A stretch of 64,000 nucleotides of DNA. It comes from Sporopachydermia quercuum. Taxonomy: Eukaryota. The notes below the pieces were generated by a model. The model worked only from the letters and a program-made list of their open reading frames with translations, made no database searches and had not been told where the DNA came from. Shown here in pieces: positions 1 through 12,173 of this stretch. The DNA is taken from contig BCGN01000002.1 of assembly GCA_001599295.1 (NCBI GenBank), positions 558,001 to 622,000 of the forward strand. Reading direction: 5' to 3'. The number at the start of each line of letters is the position of its first letter. Positions within the stretch are counted from its first letter, which is position 1. Both the position numbers and the translations under genes were made by a program.

Positions 1-513
1 TTGGACGCGTTTGTCCGATCGTTAGCAGCTTATTCAATCATATGTTATGTCTTACAAATAAAGGACAGGCATAACGGAAATATTCTTCTGGACTCGTCGG
101 GACACATTATTCATATAGATTTCGGATTTTTACTCAGTAATTCACCAGGAAGCATGGGTTTTGAAGCAGCACCGTTTAAATTAACTATGGAATATGTTGA
201 GCTTATGGGAGGAGTGGATAGTAAGCATTTTAAGATTTTTTCCCAGTTGATGAAAGATTCATTTAAAGCTCTCCGAAAAGAAGCGGAAGAGATAATCATG
301 TTAGTGGAGATGATGCAACGAGATTCAACATTACCCTGTTTTTCATTAGGTCAGAATACATCCGCACAATTAAGACAAAGGCTACAATTGCATTTAAGCG
401 AAGCAGAGGTTGATTTGTTCGTTGAGAATATACTTATTCAAAAGAGTCTTGGAAGCATCTATACTCGATTGTATGATCAATTTCAATTGCTCACACAAGG
501 AATTTATAGTTAA
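1..513 (+). CDS. PIK1: Phosphatidylinositol 4-kinase Pik1, C-terminal end (5' partial)
   Basis: PI3/4-kinase catalytic motifs QIKDRHNGNILLD and HIDFGF; C-terminus DQFQLLTQGIYS is typical of Pik1. The ORF runs off the left edge of the window. Confidence 0.93.
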   Translation: MDAFVRSLAAYSIICYVLQIKDRHNGNILLDSSGHIIHIDFGFLLSNSPGSMGFEAAPFKLTMEYVELMGGVDSKHFKIFSQLMKDSFKALRKEAEEIIMLVEMMQRDSTLPCFSLGQNTSAQLRQRLQLHLSEAEVDLFVENILIQKSLGSIYTRLYDQFQLLTQGIYS

Positions 514-2879
514 ATGAATTTTGGGTAAATAAGTGTAGAGTTACGGTCTAGAAACGGATAACATGATAATATATATGAAAGTTATATGAAAAAATTGGTC
601 GTAGGAGGAGAAGTATGTGGAGTAAGAATATTTTATAAGCATTAAACTGGATGGGATACTAGAACTAGTGGGATTTGGGACATTTGGTACTTTTGTTTTT
701 CTTGTCTTGTTATTTATTCGATTATACTACTCATTTGACGTTCACAAACAACAATAGAATTAAAAATAATGATATCAGCATAGTGGAGAAGAAACCGAGC
801 TATAAATTGATGAAGTAATTTAAATAAATATGCAGAAATGATTGCACGGAGATTTCAGATGATAATTATGATTTCCCCGTTAGACTGTCTTGTCCTGTGT
901 TGCTTCGGGACAATGATTATCATCACTTTCCGTACTCTTGTCCGTTGTTACATCTTCTTCATTCTCCATATTCCAGATGTATATGTATGTCAAGTTAAAA
1001 GTTCAACTTAAATAAAGATCTGGCACCATTTTACCTCAAGTTGAAGAGTAGTTATGAAATAATAAAAACGATACTATAACTTTACTGGATACACAGTAGT
1101 AACAAGTCATTGCTAACAGTATATTACTTCCATTATTGTCTTGAAATTTCCCAAAAAATTTCCCTGAATTCAATTGCAAACACTCTTTGCTTCTTCTCCC
1201 CAATCGCGCGTCAATAACCAAAAGTATTTCTCTCCTAAAAAAATAGAATTCATTCATTTGAGTAGCAGCTAAATACCAGGCTGCTCAGAACTATTAATCT
1301 ATTTATGGTAGCCATTAGAAGCAACATCTATAAATAATCATTGAAATCGAAACTAAAGAAAGCGATGATTTGTCAAAGAAAACAATTTACACTAACCTCG
1401 GGACTGAGTATTACAACTGGACAGCTTCTTTCCATGTAATATAAGTGATAATGAAAATCCATCATCTTCTCTGGCGAAACACCAGGAGGAGCTATATAAA
1501 CGAAGAAGTTCTATACATGAGATAATAAGAACGATATGTTTGAACCAAATAGTGATAAATAGCCTTAGCAAATAATGCAACGCAGTGGCAAATATATGTA
1601 AAAGGCTGTCATCATTTAATTCACATTCGATGACCATTGAATTATCTCGGAAGGCAATACAATAACAATTGACAAATATATTGAAATCTGTTTATTCTCT
1701 CTATTCTCTGCTCATTATCTATGCAACCAGGATCCCATTTACGCTCCGGAAAGCCATCCCAACGCCCACATTATGCAAAACATTCCATCTTCTTTGGATA
1801 CCAATTTATGGAATTGGTTTTCGTGTTTCACATTGCCTTCCATCTACTCATCACATGACTTCCATCACTCTATTTCTATCACCGATCCATGCGAATTCTA
1901 TTATTTCATATCTTTACTACCTTTACAGCATAATATCTTGTATAATAAGCACTATAAAAAATAATGAAATCTCAATTATTTGTTTTATTTATTATTTGAA
2001 TCATTCGTTTATCGTTTTCATATGGCAATCGAACAAAATTTGCCATCATTAGTCAACTCGTAGGTCCTCAAATTCTTCTTTCCATTCTACCACATGAAAA
2101 GAGACAACTTGTCAAAAACAAATTCTCGCTTCTGTACTTCGTCTTTCGACTTTGTACTTTGTCTCGTCCTTTGTCATTTTGTTGAGCCCTAAAAGTGAAG
2201 GGAGCAAACGGCTGAATTGAATTGAATTGAAAGGATGGTTGGATCAAATAGATAGGAAATAAGAAAGAGGATTATAAGAATCGACAAGGATTAAAACAGT
2301 AATTCTAAAAATAAAGATCAAATAAGGACCAAAAATAAAAGAGCTTCATTCAATTCAGTAAGAAATACACGACAATCACTCTTTATAAAGCTCTCGTTTT
2401 GGTTCGGTTCATCTCATCTCATCTCCTTCTCTCATTTCGTTTGTTTGTTAAAAGGAGACCATTCACCGGTGGTGTTTCACTTCAATATCGTTGGACACAG
2501 CACTAGATAATTGATTGCCGCATTCACAGTCAGTGATTATATTTAATTTCTGATTTTGATTGTTCATTTTCATTCAGATTCATTTTTTTGCGTTGAATTG
2601 AATAGCTGGTTTAGATTTTCATTCAACTCATACAATACTCACTACACGATACTACATGATAGGGTTTTCATGCAATAGGAGAATAAGGCAACCACCACAG
2701 AATTCCAACATTCTTNGATAATTTGACAGTTATAATTCTTCTACCTGTTTACTGTTATTTTATTCAGATATTCATTACTGGAAAAGAAACGATACATTAC
2801 CTGTACCACAAGCAAGCTTCATTCTCTACTACTACTACTACTACACTCCATTCACATATAAAATCGTACAATCAACAAA

Positions 2880-4397
2880 ATGATGAGATCTATTTCATTC
2901 CAATACCCTAAACGGATTGCAGGGAGAAAAATCTGTTATTTGAATCGTCAATCGCTAAAATTCTATAGTCAAAATATTCAAGAAGGCAACCGTGAATACC
3001 AAGATGTGATTGTTTCTTCTATTGATACCAAAGGAATGCCTAAGATGTGCATTCTACCGGATAAAAGCAAGAAAAAACCAAAATCAGCGCTAAATCAACA
3101 AGAAGATGGATTGAAAACAATCTCAAGCTCGAGTGGAAATTCAATTGGTTCTTCTGTTCATCGTTATAGATTAACTACTGATACTCCTGTATCACCGGGA
3201 TTGGATTACTTAGACACTAATGTTACTTCGTTCAAGAAACTGCGAAAGCGAAATGAACTACCAGCTAATTTTGGAATCAATCAGCACATTGGAATGGATG
3301 AGAAATTCGAAGCTCAACTGAGGAAAATTCTTCGCCAATTCAACTCTCCAATTAGGTATTGTTTTGCTTACGGTTCTGGTGTTTTTTCCCAAGGATATAA
3401 ATCTAGTGAGAAGCCTCAGATTGATTTGATATTTGGGGTGACTTATACAGAACATTGGCACTCACTTAATATGGAACAATTTCCAAATCATTATTCAAGT
3501 TTACGATTCCTTGGCTCTGGAGCTATTGCTACTGTTCAAGATAAAATAGGAGCGGGTGTTTATTTCAATCCATATGTGGAGATGGATGGTGCTATAATTA
3601 AGTACGGCGTTGTGAACATTGATACTTTATTCAACGACTTAACTGACTGGAATACCTTATATTTAGCTGGTAGATTACATAAACCGGTCAAGATTCTACG
3701 AGATGATCCAAGAGTACTATTTATTAATCAGAGCAGTCTTATTAATGCTATAAGAGTTGCTTTACTACTTTTACCTGTACAATTCACTGAAAGAGAATTA
3801 TATAAAGCAATTGCTGGAATTTCATACCTTGGAGATATCAGAATGAGTATTGGGGGTGAGAATCCTAAAAAAGTTGATAATATTGTTGATAATCAATTTA
3901 TTTACTTCAGAAGGTTATACGGTCAATTGATGACAATGCTCCCAAACTTNGCTGTTGTATCTGCTCCTTCTAGTTCTCTAGAACAAGATAGTGAAGAGAT
4001 TGGAGAGNTGACTTTCTTACAAGATAAAGATAGTAACGTGAGAGGTAATATGGTGTCAAGACTACCTGCTGCTTTCCGTCATAAGCTTTATAGAAAGTAT
4101 ACTACTAAGTATGGTAGTTCTTTAGACAAAATGGATGAAGAATCCAATTTAAGGCANTTTATAGATGCTTATGATGTTTCTGAATTAGACCCAGTGATTA
4201 AAAGAGGTGGGAAATGTACTGATTTTGATAAATTCATATCTCAGGACGAACAAATCAGGGCAATGATCTCTGAATGTATTAGAGATACCGTGAAAGGTCC
4301 AAGCACAGCTCAAATGTTCAAAGGTGTATTAACGTCTGGTCTATTTAAGAGTTTTAAATATGGAGTTGCAAAAGCAAGTAAATATCTCTCTGCTTGA
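2880..4397 (+). CDS. TAM41: Mitochondrial phosphatidate cytidylyltransferase Tam41
   Basis: Motifs FAYGSGVFSQ, GAGVYFNPYV, IKYGVV, LYLAGRLHKPV, ISYLGDIRM, GENPKKVDNIV; basic N-terminal presequence. Confidence 0.95.
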   Translation: MMRSISFQYPKRIAGRKICYLNRQSLKFYSQNIQEGNREYQDVIVSSIDTKGMPKMCILPDKSKKKPKSALNQQEDGLKTISSSSGNSIGSSVHRYRLTTDTPVSPGLDYLDTNVTSFKKLRKRNELPANFGINQHIGMDEKFEAQLRKILRQFNSPIRYCFAYGSGVFSQGYKSSEKPQIDLIFGVTYTEHWHSLNMEQFPNHYSSLRFLGSGAIATVQDKIGAGVYFNPYVEMDGAIIKYGVVNIDTLFNDLTDWNTLYLAGRLHKPVKILRDDPRVLFINQSSLINAIRVALLLLPVQFTERELYKAIAGISYLGDIRMSIGGENPKKVDNIVDNQFIYFRRLYGQLMTMLPNXAVVSAPSSSLEQDSEEIGEXTFLQDKDSNVRGNMVSRLPAAFRHKLYRKYTTKYGSSLDKMDEESNLRXFIDAYDVSELDPVIKRGGKCTDFDKFISQDEQIRAMISECIRDTVKGPSTAQMFKGVLTSGLFKSFKYGVAKASKYLSA

Positions 4398-5556
4398 GGC
4401 AAGGATTGTTGCGGTTCACGCTTTTATTATGAGATGATATAACTCTACTATGTGTATTAGGTTATGTTCACTTGGTTCTGGGTTAGNCATTTTTCTTTTT
4501 CTCTTTCATTGTGTCATTATAGAGCTGTGATAAAATATCTATTGAAATTTGGGATGCGAATTATTGATTTTTGAACAGCTTGTTATTGTTCCTGTTGTTC
4601 ATCTCATATAATTTCAATTGATACTAATGGTATTATGATGATCCACCAGCAATACAAACTGTAAGATATTACTATGTACCAAAGTGTATAAAATGAAGTA
4701 ATCTCTCATTAGGCAATTGAATCGTATTTTGTCATCTCAATTCTCATAATTGAAACATAAGCTGAAATTAAATTTCACAGGCTATTTAATATAATTAGAA
4801 CTAAGAAGAATATCTACGTACCATAACCATCAATAGTGCGCATAATGGAATCACTTACTACTCTGAGAAGCTTGATTCATATGTCCCTTATCTAGTTTGA
4901 TAAACATTTCCAGCTAGATCATTTAATGCAGATAAAAAGCCATAATAATAACACCTTCTATTTGATTATTGACTATCATCTTTTCATTACAATCTGTATC
5001 ACATCATATCATTATTTGGACAGATACACAATACATGGCTAAAATCTACCTATGACTTGTCGTAGTTGGTTCGTTTTCACTTGAGTTCCATAGAAGTTTC
5101 CTAGTTCATTCATTTGATTTTCCANTTATCACATTTTTTACTTACACAATGATATTGCGGTCTATTTTTGACCAATAATTATCATCAGAAATCTATGAAC
5201 CGGATTCATCTGTTTATGCCGTCTGTCTCATTGACTATTATTCTCTTATCGTCACATCTCTCAAACCACCCCGTCCCATTACACATACTTCATNATTATA
5301 CCTATCTCCTCATCCAACTTTGTTTCGTGGTTGATTTAATTTCGGTTGTACAGAAACAATCATCTGTTTGCTGAACAATTTGTGTTAACTAATTAGCAAC
5401 AAAACAAAACAAAAGTAATTGGTGTAATTCAAATTCTTCTATATATATAAACATCCTTCCTATTTCCAATTAATAGACAATTTTTCTTTTCTGCTGCACC
5501 CGTTCTTGGTATAAGACCGGCTTGAAATTGGCAAGTAATGAATTGTTTGCATCAAA

Positions 5557-7500
5557 ATGACATGGGGAAGCTGGATACTTGCTCCATTTGTATGGGCTTA
5601 CAATAGCATTGAAAACTCTACACATATTTTTGACGATTTATACATTATATCAGGACTCGTGTATTGGGGAACTTGCTATTTGATAGGGGTCATAACTAAT
5701 AATAACAGTTTTTACAATATTTTTGAAAGTTCAGCAAGAAGGTATCCAGATGATNTGGCTTTGGTGTATGCTAGAGCGAAAGGTAGCGATGGAGAATTTG
5801 ATCTTGACAGGTATACTTATTCTCAACTATTGAGTCTTGTGAGAAAGATGTCATGGGTTTTGGTGAACGAATATGGAGTGACTCAGGACGATACAATAGC
5901 GATAGATTTTACCAATGGACCTCTTTTTATCATATTATGGTTTGCAATTTGGAATATTGGTGCACTGCCCGCATTTCTTAACTATAATGTAACAGGTAAG
6001 CCACTTGTTCATTGTATAGAGATTGCAAGTACAAACCTGCTACTAGTAGAGAAAGATCTCAAAGACGTGGTTAAGCCTGTGGAATCAGATATCGGGGAAA
6101 GGGTTCCCGATTGCAGAATTGAATATTTCGACTTAGATGATGTCAACTTCATTCAGAAACTAGTTTCTTACCCAGAACTGAAAGTCAAGCCATCCCAAAG
6201 AGCGACTGATAACAAATACTACAATCCTTCAATTTTAATCTACACTTCAGGTACTACTGGATTGCCAAAGTCGGCCGTTATGTCGTGGCAAAAGGCTACT
6301 CTAGGCTCATCTTTGTTTGGGCATGTAAATAGGATCAAACATGGGGAAACAATTTACACTTCTATGCCTTTATATCACTCCACGTCTTCTGTTCTGGGTG
6401 TTCTACCTTGTTTTGCCGCAGGGGCAACAGTTGCCCTAGGAAAGAAGTTCTCTGTGTCCACATTTTGGAAGCAAGTCAAACTAACGGATGCCACGTTTAT
6501 TCAATATGTTGGAGAAGTCTGTAGGTATTTGTTGAATGCGCCTAAATCACCTTTCGAACGTGATAACAAAGTGTGGGTTGCATATGGTAACGGATTGCGA
6601 AAAGAAATCTGGCAAGAGTTCAAAGAGAGATTTGGAATCAAGGCTATTGGAGAGTTTTACGCAGCAACTGAAGCACCAATTGGTACTACAACGTTTGAAA
6701 CGGGTGATTATGGTGTCGGTGCAATCAGAAAATACGGTAAACTTATCAATTTTGTTCTCAGTTTTGAGCAAACTATTGTTGCAATGAACCCTGATGATGA
6801 TTCTGAAGTTTGGAGGGATCCTAAAACGGGGTTGTGTCGTAGAGCTAAAGTTGAAGAACCTGGAGAGTTTCTGATGAGGCTTTTCACACCTAAAGATGCC
6901 AAAAAGAGTTTCCAAGGCTACAGAGGTAACAAGAAAGAAACAGAGAGCAAAGTACTTCGCAATGTTTATAAAAAGGGAGATGCATACTTTCGTACTGGAG
7001 ATCTATTGAAAATGGATAAAGATGGTCTTTTATATTTTGTTGATCGATTAGGAGACACCTTTAGATGGAAGAGTGAAAATGTGTCAACAAATGAAGTAGA
7101 AAGTATTATTTGCGAAGTTACTGAAATTCAAAATGCTGTTGTTGTAGGTGTGAAAATACCTGGGTATGAAGGACGTGCTGGTCTTAGCGCAATTGAATTA
7201 ACTGAAGAAGCCAAGGAAAGTATTAACAGCAGTTTTTCGTTACTCTCTTTTATCAATAGAACACTTTTGCCTCAGATGAATAGCAATTTACCCAAATATG
7301 CTTTGCCAGTATTCATCAAATTTTTGAACAAGCTAGAGACATCACACAACTTCAAAATAGTCAAGAAAAATTTCAAAAACCAAGTGTTTCCCAAAGGTGA
7401 AGATGGAAATGAAACGATCTATTGGCTCAATAATAGATCATACACTGAACTCACAGAAGAGCATTGGTCCGGAATCATCAATAAAACAATTAGATTATAG
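5557..7500 (+). CDS. FAT1: Very-long-chain acyl-CoA synthetase / fatty acid transport protein
   Basis: AMP-binding IYTSGTTGLPKSA, QYVGEVCRYL, FATP signature YFVDRLGDTFRWKSENVST; ends in PTS1-like -IRL. Confidence 0.95.
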   Translation: MTWGSWILAPFVWAYNSIENSTHIFDDLYIISGLVYWGTCYLIGVITNNNSFYNIFESSARRYPDDXALVYARAKGSDGEFDLDRYTYSQLLSLVRKMSWVLVNEYGVTQDDTIAIDFTNGPLFIILWFAIWNIGALPAFLNYNVTGKPLVHCIEIASTNLLLVEKDLKDVVKPVESDIGERVPDCRIEYFDLDDVNFIQKLVSYPELKVKPSQRATDNKYYNPSILIYTSGTTGLPKSAVMSWQKATLGSSLFGHVNRIKHGETIYTSMPLYHSTSSVLGVLPCFAAGATVALGKKFSVSTFWKQVKLTDATFIQYVGEVCRYLLNAPKSPFERDNKVWVAYGNGLRKEIWQEFKERFGIKAIGEFYAATEAPIGTTTFETGDYGVGAIRKYGKLINFVLSFEQTIVAMNPDDDSEVWRDPKTGLCRRAKVEEPGEFLMRLFTPKDAKKSFQGYRGNKKETESKVLRNVYKKGDAYFRTGDLLKMDKDGLLYFVDRLGDTFRWKSENVSTNEVESIICEVTEIQNAVVVGVKIPGYEGRAGLSAIELTEEAKESINSSFSLLSFINRTLLPQMNSNLPKYALPVFIKFLNKLETSHNFKIVKKNFKNQVFPKGEDGNETIYWLNNRSYTELTEEHWSGIINKTIRL

Positions 7501-7582
7501 ACAAAGCAAAAGCATCACAGAATTTCTACAATATCAATAATCGATGCAATCATAGAAAACTCATTAAGAATAAACATTGATT

Positions 7583-8743
7583 CTACCTACTTACTAATCT
7601 ATAAATATTGTAACCCAGCAAAGCAACAGTAACAGGTATAGCAAACACCTGAGTAACCTCCCAAGAGGACCTCAGCTTCATGTCTGACTCAACTACTTTC
7701 TCAACATTTTCGTTGGGAAACTCTCCATGCTGATAGAAGTAATCTAAAAGAAGTTCCTTTTCTCTCCACAATCCGAACAGCCATTGCTCAAACGGTTTCT
7801 CTTCTTGAGGGATTGTGGAAATATCAAATTTTCTGAAATATAAATGAACCTTTTCCGGTGAATGACCATGAATGAAAACGTGTGATAGAGTATACATATC
7901 TTGACCAAATACAAAATCACGAGACTCGTCATACGGTTTAAGCCCAGAATAACCAATNGTACAATCATACAAGTACCGTGTCGATGGAGCCAAGTATTGT
8001 AACGACACCCTTAAACCAGTTGACCTGGGCAATAAAACATTCTTAAAATATGGTTGAGGAAAATCAATCTTTTTTGAATATTCTAATGAACGTTTTAAAG
8101 GGTTTCCTGCCATATTGGTACCCTCAGGGAATAACAACAATACACCAGGATATCTCAGTCTTAATGGTGATTGTTTGCCTAGAGCAGCAGCATTAATCGA
8201 TTGCAATTGAGAAATTAGATTCTTTTGGTCTTTTTCCCATTTTCTCGACATGAAAATGAACTCATAAAATTGCATTCCTAACCCCAACAAAGGGATATAC
8301 TGCAATGATTTCTTTAGCATGATATAGATAGATCCGTGCAGTTGAGCACAGTATGTTACGAACCATAAATAAAGCCAATCTGTATATATTTGATGATTAG
8401 CAATCAAAATAGTTGTGCCATCTTTAGGTAAATCAAATCTGAAAACACCATTTTCATCTACCCCGATCTCTGAGGCAACAGATGATTCTCCATAGATTTT
8501 AAATCTTGTAGGGCAATACCATTGGGTAATAGAAGTCAATAATANGGAAAACGATTGTTTAGTATAGTCCATATAAGGTCTATAATAATCATAAGACACT
8601 AACACCAAAGGCCATCCAATTATCTGTGTAGCTACAATTGATACTGACGATGCAAGAAAATACACTACAACTGAAAATATTCTTAGAACTCTTAGAGGTT
8701 GTGAGAATTCAGTTGTCTTCTCTATTGAAAGTTCTTCTGGCAT
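7583..8743 (-). CDS. CST26: Lysophospholipid acyltransferase (Cst26/YDR018C family)
   Basis: NHQIYTDW (HX4D) and FPEGTN motifs, N- and C-terminal TM segments; convergent with FAT1 as in S. cerevisiae YBR041W/YBR042C. Confidence 0.8.
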   Translation of the reverse strand: MPEELSIEKTTEFSQPLRVLRIFSVVVYFLASSVSIVATQIIGWPLVLVSYDYYRPYMDYTKQSFSXLLTSITQWYCPTRFKIYGESSVASEIGVDENGVFRFDLPKDGTTILIANHQIYTDWLYLWFVTYCAQLHGSIYIMLKKSLQYIPLLGLGMQFYEFIFMSRKWEKDQKNLISQLQSINAAALGKQSPLRLRYPGVLLLFPEGTNMAGNPLKRSLEYSKKIDFPQPYFKNVLLPRSTGLRVSLQYLAPSTRYLYDCXIGYSGLKPYDESRDFVFGQDMYTLSHVFIHGHSPEKVHLYFRKFDISTIPQEEKPFEQWLFGLWREKELLLDYFYQHGEFPNENVEKVVESDMKLRSSWEVTQVFAIPVTVALLGYNIYRLVSR

Positions 8744-10052
8744 CCTTTTTCTTTTTAATGTCGAGTTTGCTATGAGGGCAATTGATCTGTTAGTATTTTG
8801 ATGTTGATCTTTGTTTTACTTTTTTTCAGAGATGTACTGAGACTGATTCTTGTTCCTCATATGTTGCTTTTCCTATTCTGATGCACATAATATCTTCTGT
8901 TGATTTACTTCCAATACCTAATTTTCTCCCAGGCGACATAAATATGCATTGGATATCTTAATAATGATAATCAATTCAAATCCTCCTTCGCAAGTATGAT
9001 GAATCTTCACTATTATCTATTATACTATGAATATGATGGATCAGGTACTGTTTCGCATCTACACCTAGAAAAGAGCATACATAAGTTATACTAGGAACGT
9101 ACACCAAATCTTTTATTCTGCTTCATAGTGTTATGTTCTATCACTGATCAACCCCAATAAAATATTAATGGAATCATCGGCAATATAGTCATAATATTAA
9201 AGCGAGATTTCAACTTGTTGTGCATGATGTACACACGGCTTTGAAGTCACATGACTTGAGATAAGGATGGGCACCAAGGAAGGATGGAATCGAGATAGAG
9301 AATAGAATATATATGATCAATTGTTAACATCAACTTGAGTAAACTATGGAAGTGTGCATAATAGAGACGTGTATCAGAATNTCTACATATTTACGACTAT
9401 AGTTATGGTTAATCACTAGAAGTTATAATGACTCAGCCATATACTTCCGGTTGGAGATAGAATATCTATATTCATGTTATGCTGATAAGCCAAGTAAAGC
9501 CAAAAAGACCTATACCACTATGAAAATAACTTGTGACTATTAATGAGTTACACCAAACATAAATACTTGTAAATGCTAATATTATCAAGTATAATCATTA
9601 AAACTTTCCTCATTCCAATCATTTGATTAACTGCCTTCGATTTTTTATTTTTTTTTATTAGGTGAACAATCTCTCTCTTCCAAGCTCAACAATTCACTTA
9701 TCATAAACTTCGGAAATCATAACCCATCCTCCTTTTATTTCATCTTTGTATAGCTNGAATATCATTTCCGACATCTATGGCGCTATGTGGAATCTGTAAC
9801 CAGAAACCTGTTTCTCGTTTTCCTTCTACTTTCCATTCATCACTGTTTATGTGTATATTTACTATAGACTATATCAATATGTATAATAAATGAAATAGCA
9901 ACAAGTCTTCAGAGAAAAGAAATAAATGATTTTGATTTTGTTGGATCTGCAAGTGAGGTACCACATCAAAATCCCAATCATCTGATCCACTCAGACTCCT
10001 ATTGGATTCCATCTGATCTTTTCATTTCTTGTTTATTCTAGATAAATGCACA

Positions 10053-11602
10053 ATGCAGTTGACTTTTTTGTTTATTTCAACCTTTGTTCTCATCTGGAGT
10101 GCAGTAACACCCTCTTTTACTTATCAAATAAGATATAATCCGATCAAGACCGAACTGTTTGATGAGATCTCAGAACCATTGAATTCACCTTACAAGCATG
10201 GATATTCATCTTATTTCAGCACTAAGCTGACTCTTAATTATTACGAACCAAAAGAAACTAGGGGTCCACCACGAGGTGCATTTGCCGGATCAAAACAAAT
10301 ATTATCAACTGAGAAAGATTTTGAGGAGCTTATTGTTGTCCTCTCAAGGTATGTGGTGTTATGAGTAGAAAGCAGTCGCGATATAGGTAACTTAGCTGCT
10401 GTTGCTGTAATACTAAGAATAGCACCCGTTAAAACATCATCTTGTTTTTGGAAAGCGCTAACATTATTAGAATTGAAAGCATCCTAGACGATAAAAAGAA
10501 AAGAGTTGCTCAAGCTGTTACTCAACTTGTAAGTACCAAACGTTCATATCCTTTTACCGCATCAATAGTGAATACTGAATGAGACAATCAACGCTAATAA
10601 TCAGTTTCCCAGTCCTAGAAATATACATATTAACAATCCAAATAGCATTACAATTTTGATCTTGACATTCCACTTGAACAGTTGAAATTTGGCGATTCAA
10701 CTACCTCCCAACTTCATCTAGCTCCTTACGATGTTGGCAAGAGTGTAACGTTTGCCGGATTTATGCCACCAGCAGTAGAAAACAACCCCAAAAATGAAGA
10801 TAATAAGGACCTGGAGGAGGAACAGGAAAACAAGGGAAATAATGGGAACAACGATGATCCTTCTGATATCAGCTCAAAAGATGAAAAAGCTGAAAGCGAA
10901 TGTGAAACCGAACATGATGATGGGCATGATCATGGTATGCGATACTTGAATGATCTCAAAGAAACCTTTGGTGAAGACTCCTTGTCTCTTAATGGAAAGA
11001 AAGTGAATTTCAATAAACAATCAACGGAAGATAAATCTGAGTTAAAGAATCAAAACGAGGTCAAATTTATTGTCACTTGTGATGTGAAGTATGAGAAAAC
11101 TGAGCATGCTACTTACAGATCAATTGTTGTATTCATTACTGTAGATGATAAAGATTTAGTATCACTAGATAATAGTGAATTTATGGTTTCAGCAGTGTTA
11201 CCACCTTTGAATATGGAAGGTGTAATTATCTCCAGTGAAAGGAATCCTTCTAGTTTAGAAGAATATCGAAAATTACACTCAACTAATTCCAATAGTGCTT
11301 CTGATGAGGAAGATGAAGATAATAATGAAAGTACAACTGAAGGAATATTTAGGGTATTGAAATTATCGAAATTATGCAATGAAGCTGTTAAATTATTCAG
11401 TAATGGTTGGTTTCTATTACATTTCTGTTTGAATATCGTTGGTTTGATTGTGTATAACATGAAGAGTGTTTCAACACCTATGAAATTAGAATTGCTCTCT
11501 CACGATGCTAGCAGCAGGCCTTCTTTTTGTCGGGATGGGTCTATTGATGTTGAAAGGAAAGATGCATATAAGGAAAAAGAGAATTTTGATGAGAAGGTTT
11601 GA
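10053..11602 (+). CDS. Uncharacterised 436-aa protein with signal peptide, acidic patches and C-terminal TM; exons 10053-10348, 10471-10528, 10646-11602
   Basis: Intron 1 is GTATGT(10349)...GCTAAC...TAG(10470). Intron 2 is GTAAGT(10529)...TATTAAC...TAG(10645). Joined exons give 1311 nt in one open frame, linking ORFs 10029 and 10682. Confidence 0.7.
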
Positions 11603-12104
11603 GGTTTGAGTAATTTTTTTTTTTTTTTTTTGGTTTGAATGGTTAATTAATAGGGGAACGACCAGAATGGTAAATGATATATATGCATTAGAACTATTGG
11701 TAATCCGATTGTTGTATATTATAATAAGAGGTACTTTCGTATGATTTATATATTTGTTGTACTGTAATAAGTACAAAATAACTCTGTCTATGTATGATAA
11801 TTTACTGGTGACAGAGAGTACAGTTCGATTGTCTGATTGGTGATTTAAAAATACTACTGGATAGTGCGACATGGAAACTAATGGTGAATTATGAAAGCTG
11901 TTCACAGAGTCATAATTCGGGCCTGAGATTCTCATGTATTATACAAATATATATATTTTTGATTTGATTTGATTTGATGGTATGAACTGACTGTTACATT
12001 AAAAGTTGATAATGCAATCTACTAAGTAAAGAGAACATATATGTAGTCTTGAGAAGGAATGAAAGAATTCAGCTGTTCGCATACTAGGAAACTATAGAGT
12101 GAAA

Positions 12105-12112
12105 TATATACA
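12105..12112 (-). promoter_or_regulatory. Puf3-type element (UGUAUAUA) in MRPL3 3' UTR
   Basis: TGTATATA about 60 nt after the stop of a mitoribosomal gene, the known Puf3 target class. The motif is short and the DNA is AT-rich. Confidence 0.4.
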
Positions 12113-12173
12113 GAATCTAGAAAATAGTTTGGCCCTAGGTTTATACTCTTCATTTTAGTGGCATTCTATTGCA

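Noticed and set aside
1036..1257. ORF beginning MNEFYFFRRE beside PIK1, superficially like an HMG/alpha1-box (N.F..FR) MAT gene
   Set aside because: No upstream P-R-P/basic motif, no conserved Trp, an in-frame stop 10 codons upstream, and the nearby GTTAGT...TAG intron does not give a continuous frame.
1669..2052. 127-aa hydrophobic ORF and similar 60-150 aa intergenic or antisense ORFs (e.g. 11486-11935, 33450-33693, 48333-48692)
   Set aside because: Non-ATG starts or I/Y/F/L-rich composition expected from AT-rich non-coding DNA, or shadows of real genes; 48333-48692 is antisense to U1 and its upstream region.
5198..5222. CGG-N15-CCG upstream of FAT1 as an oleate response element
   Set aside because: Lacks the TNA/TNR at the required position on either strand.
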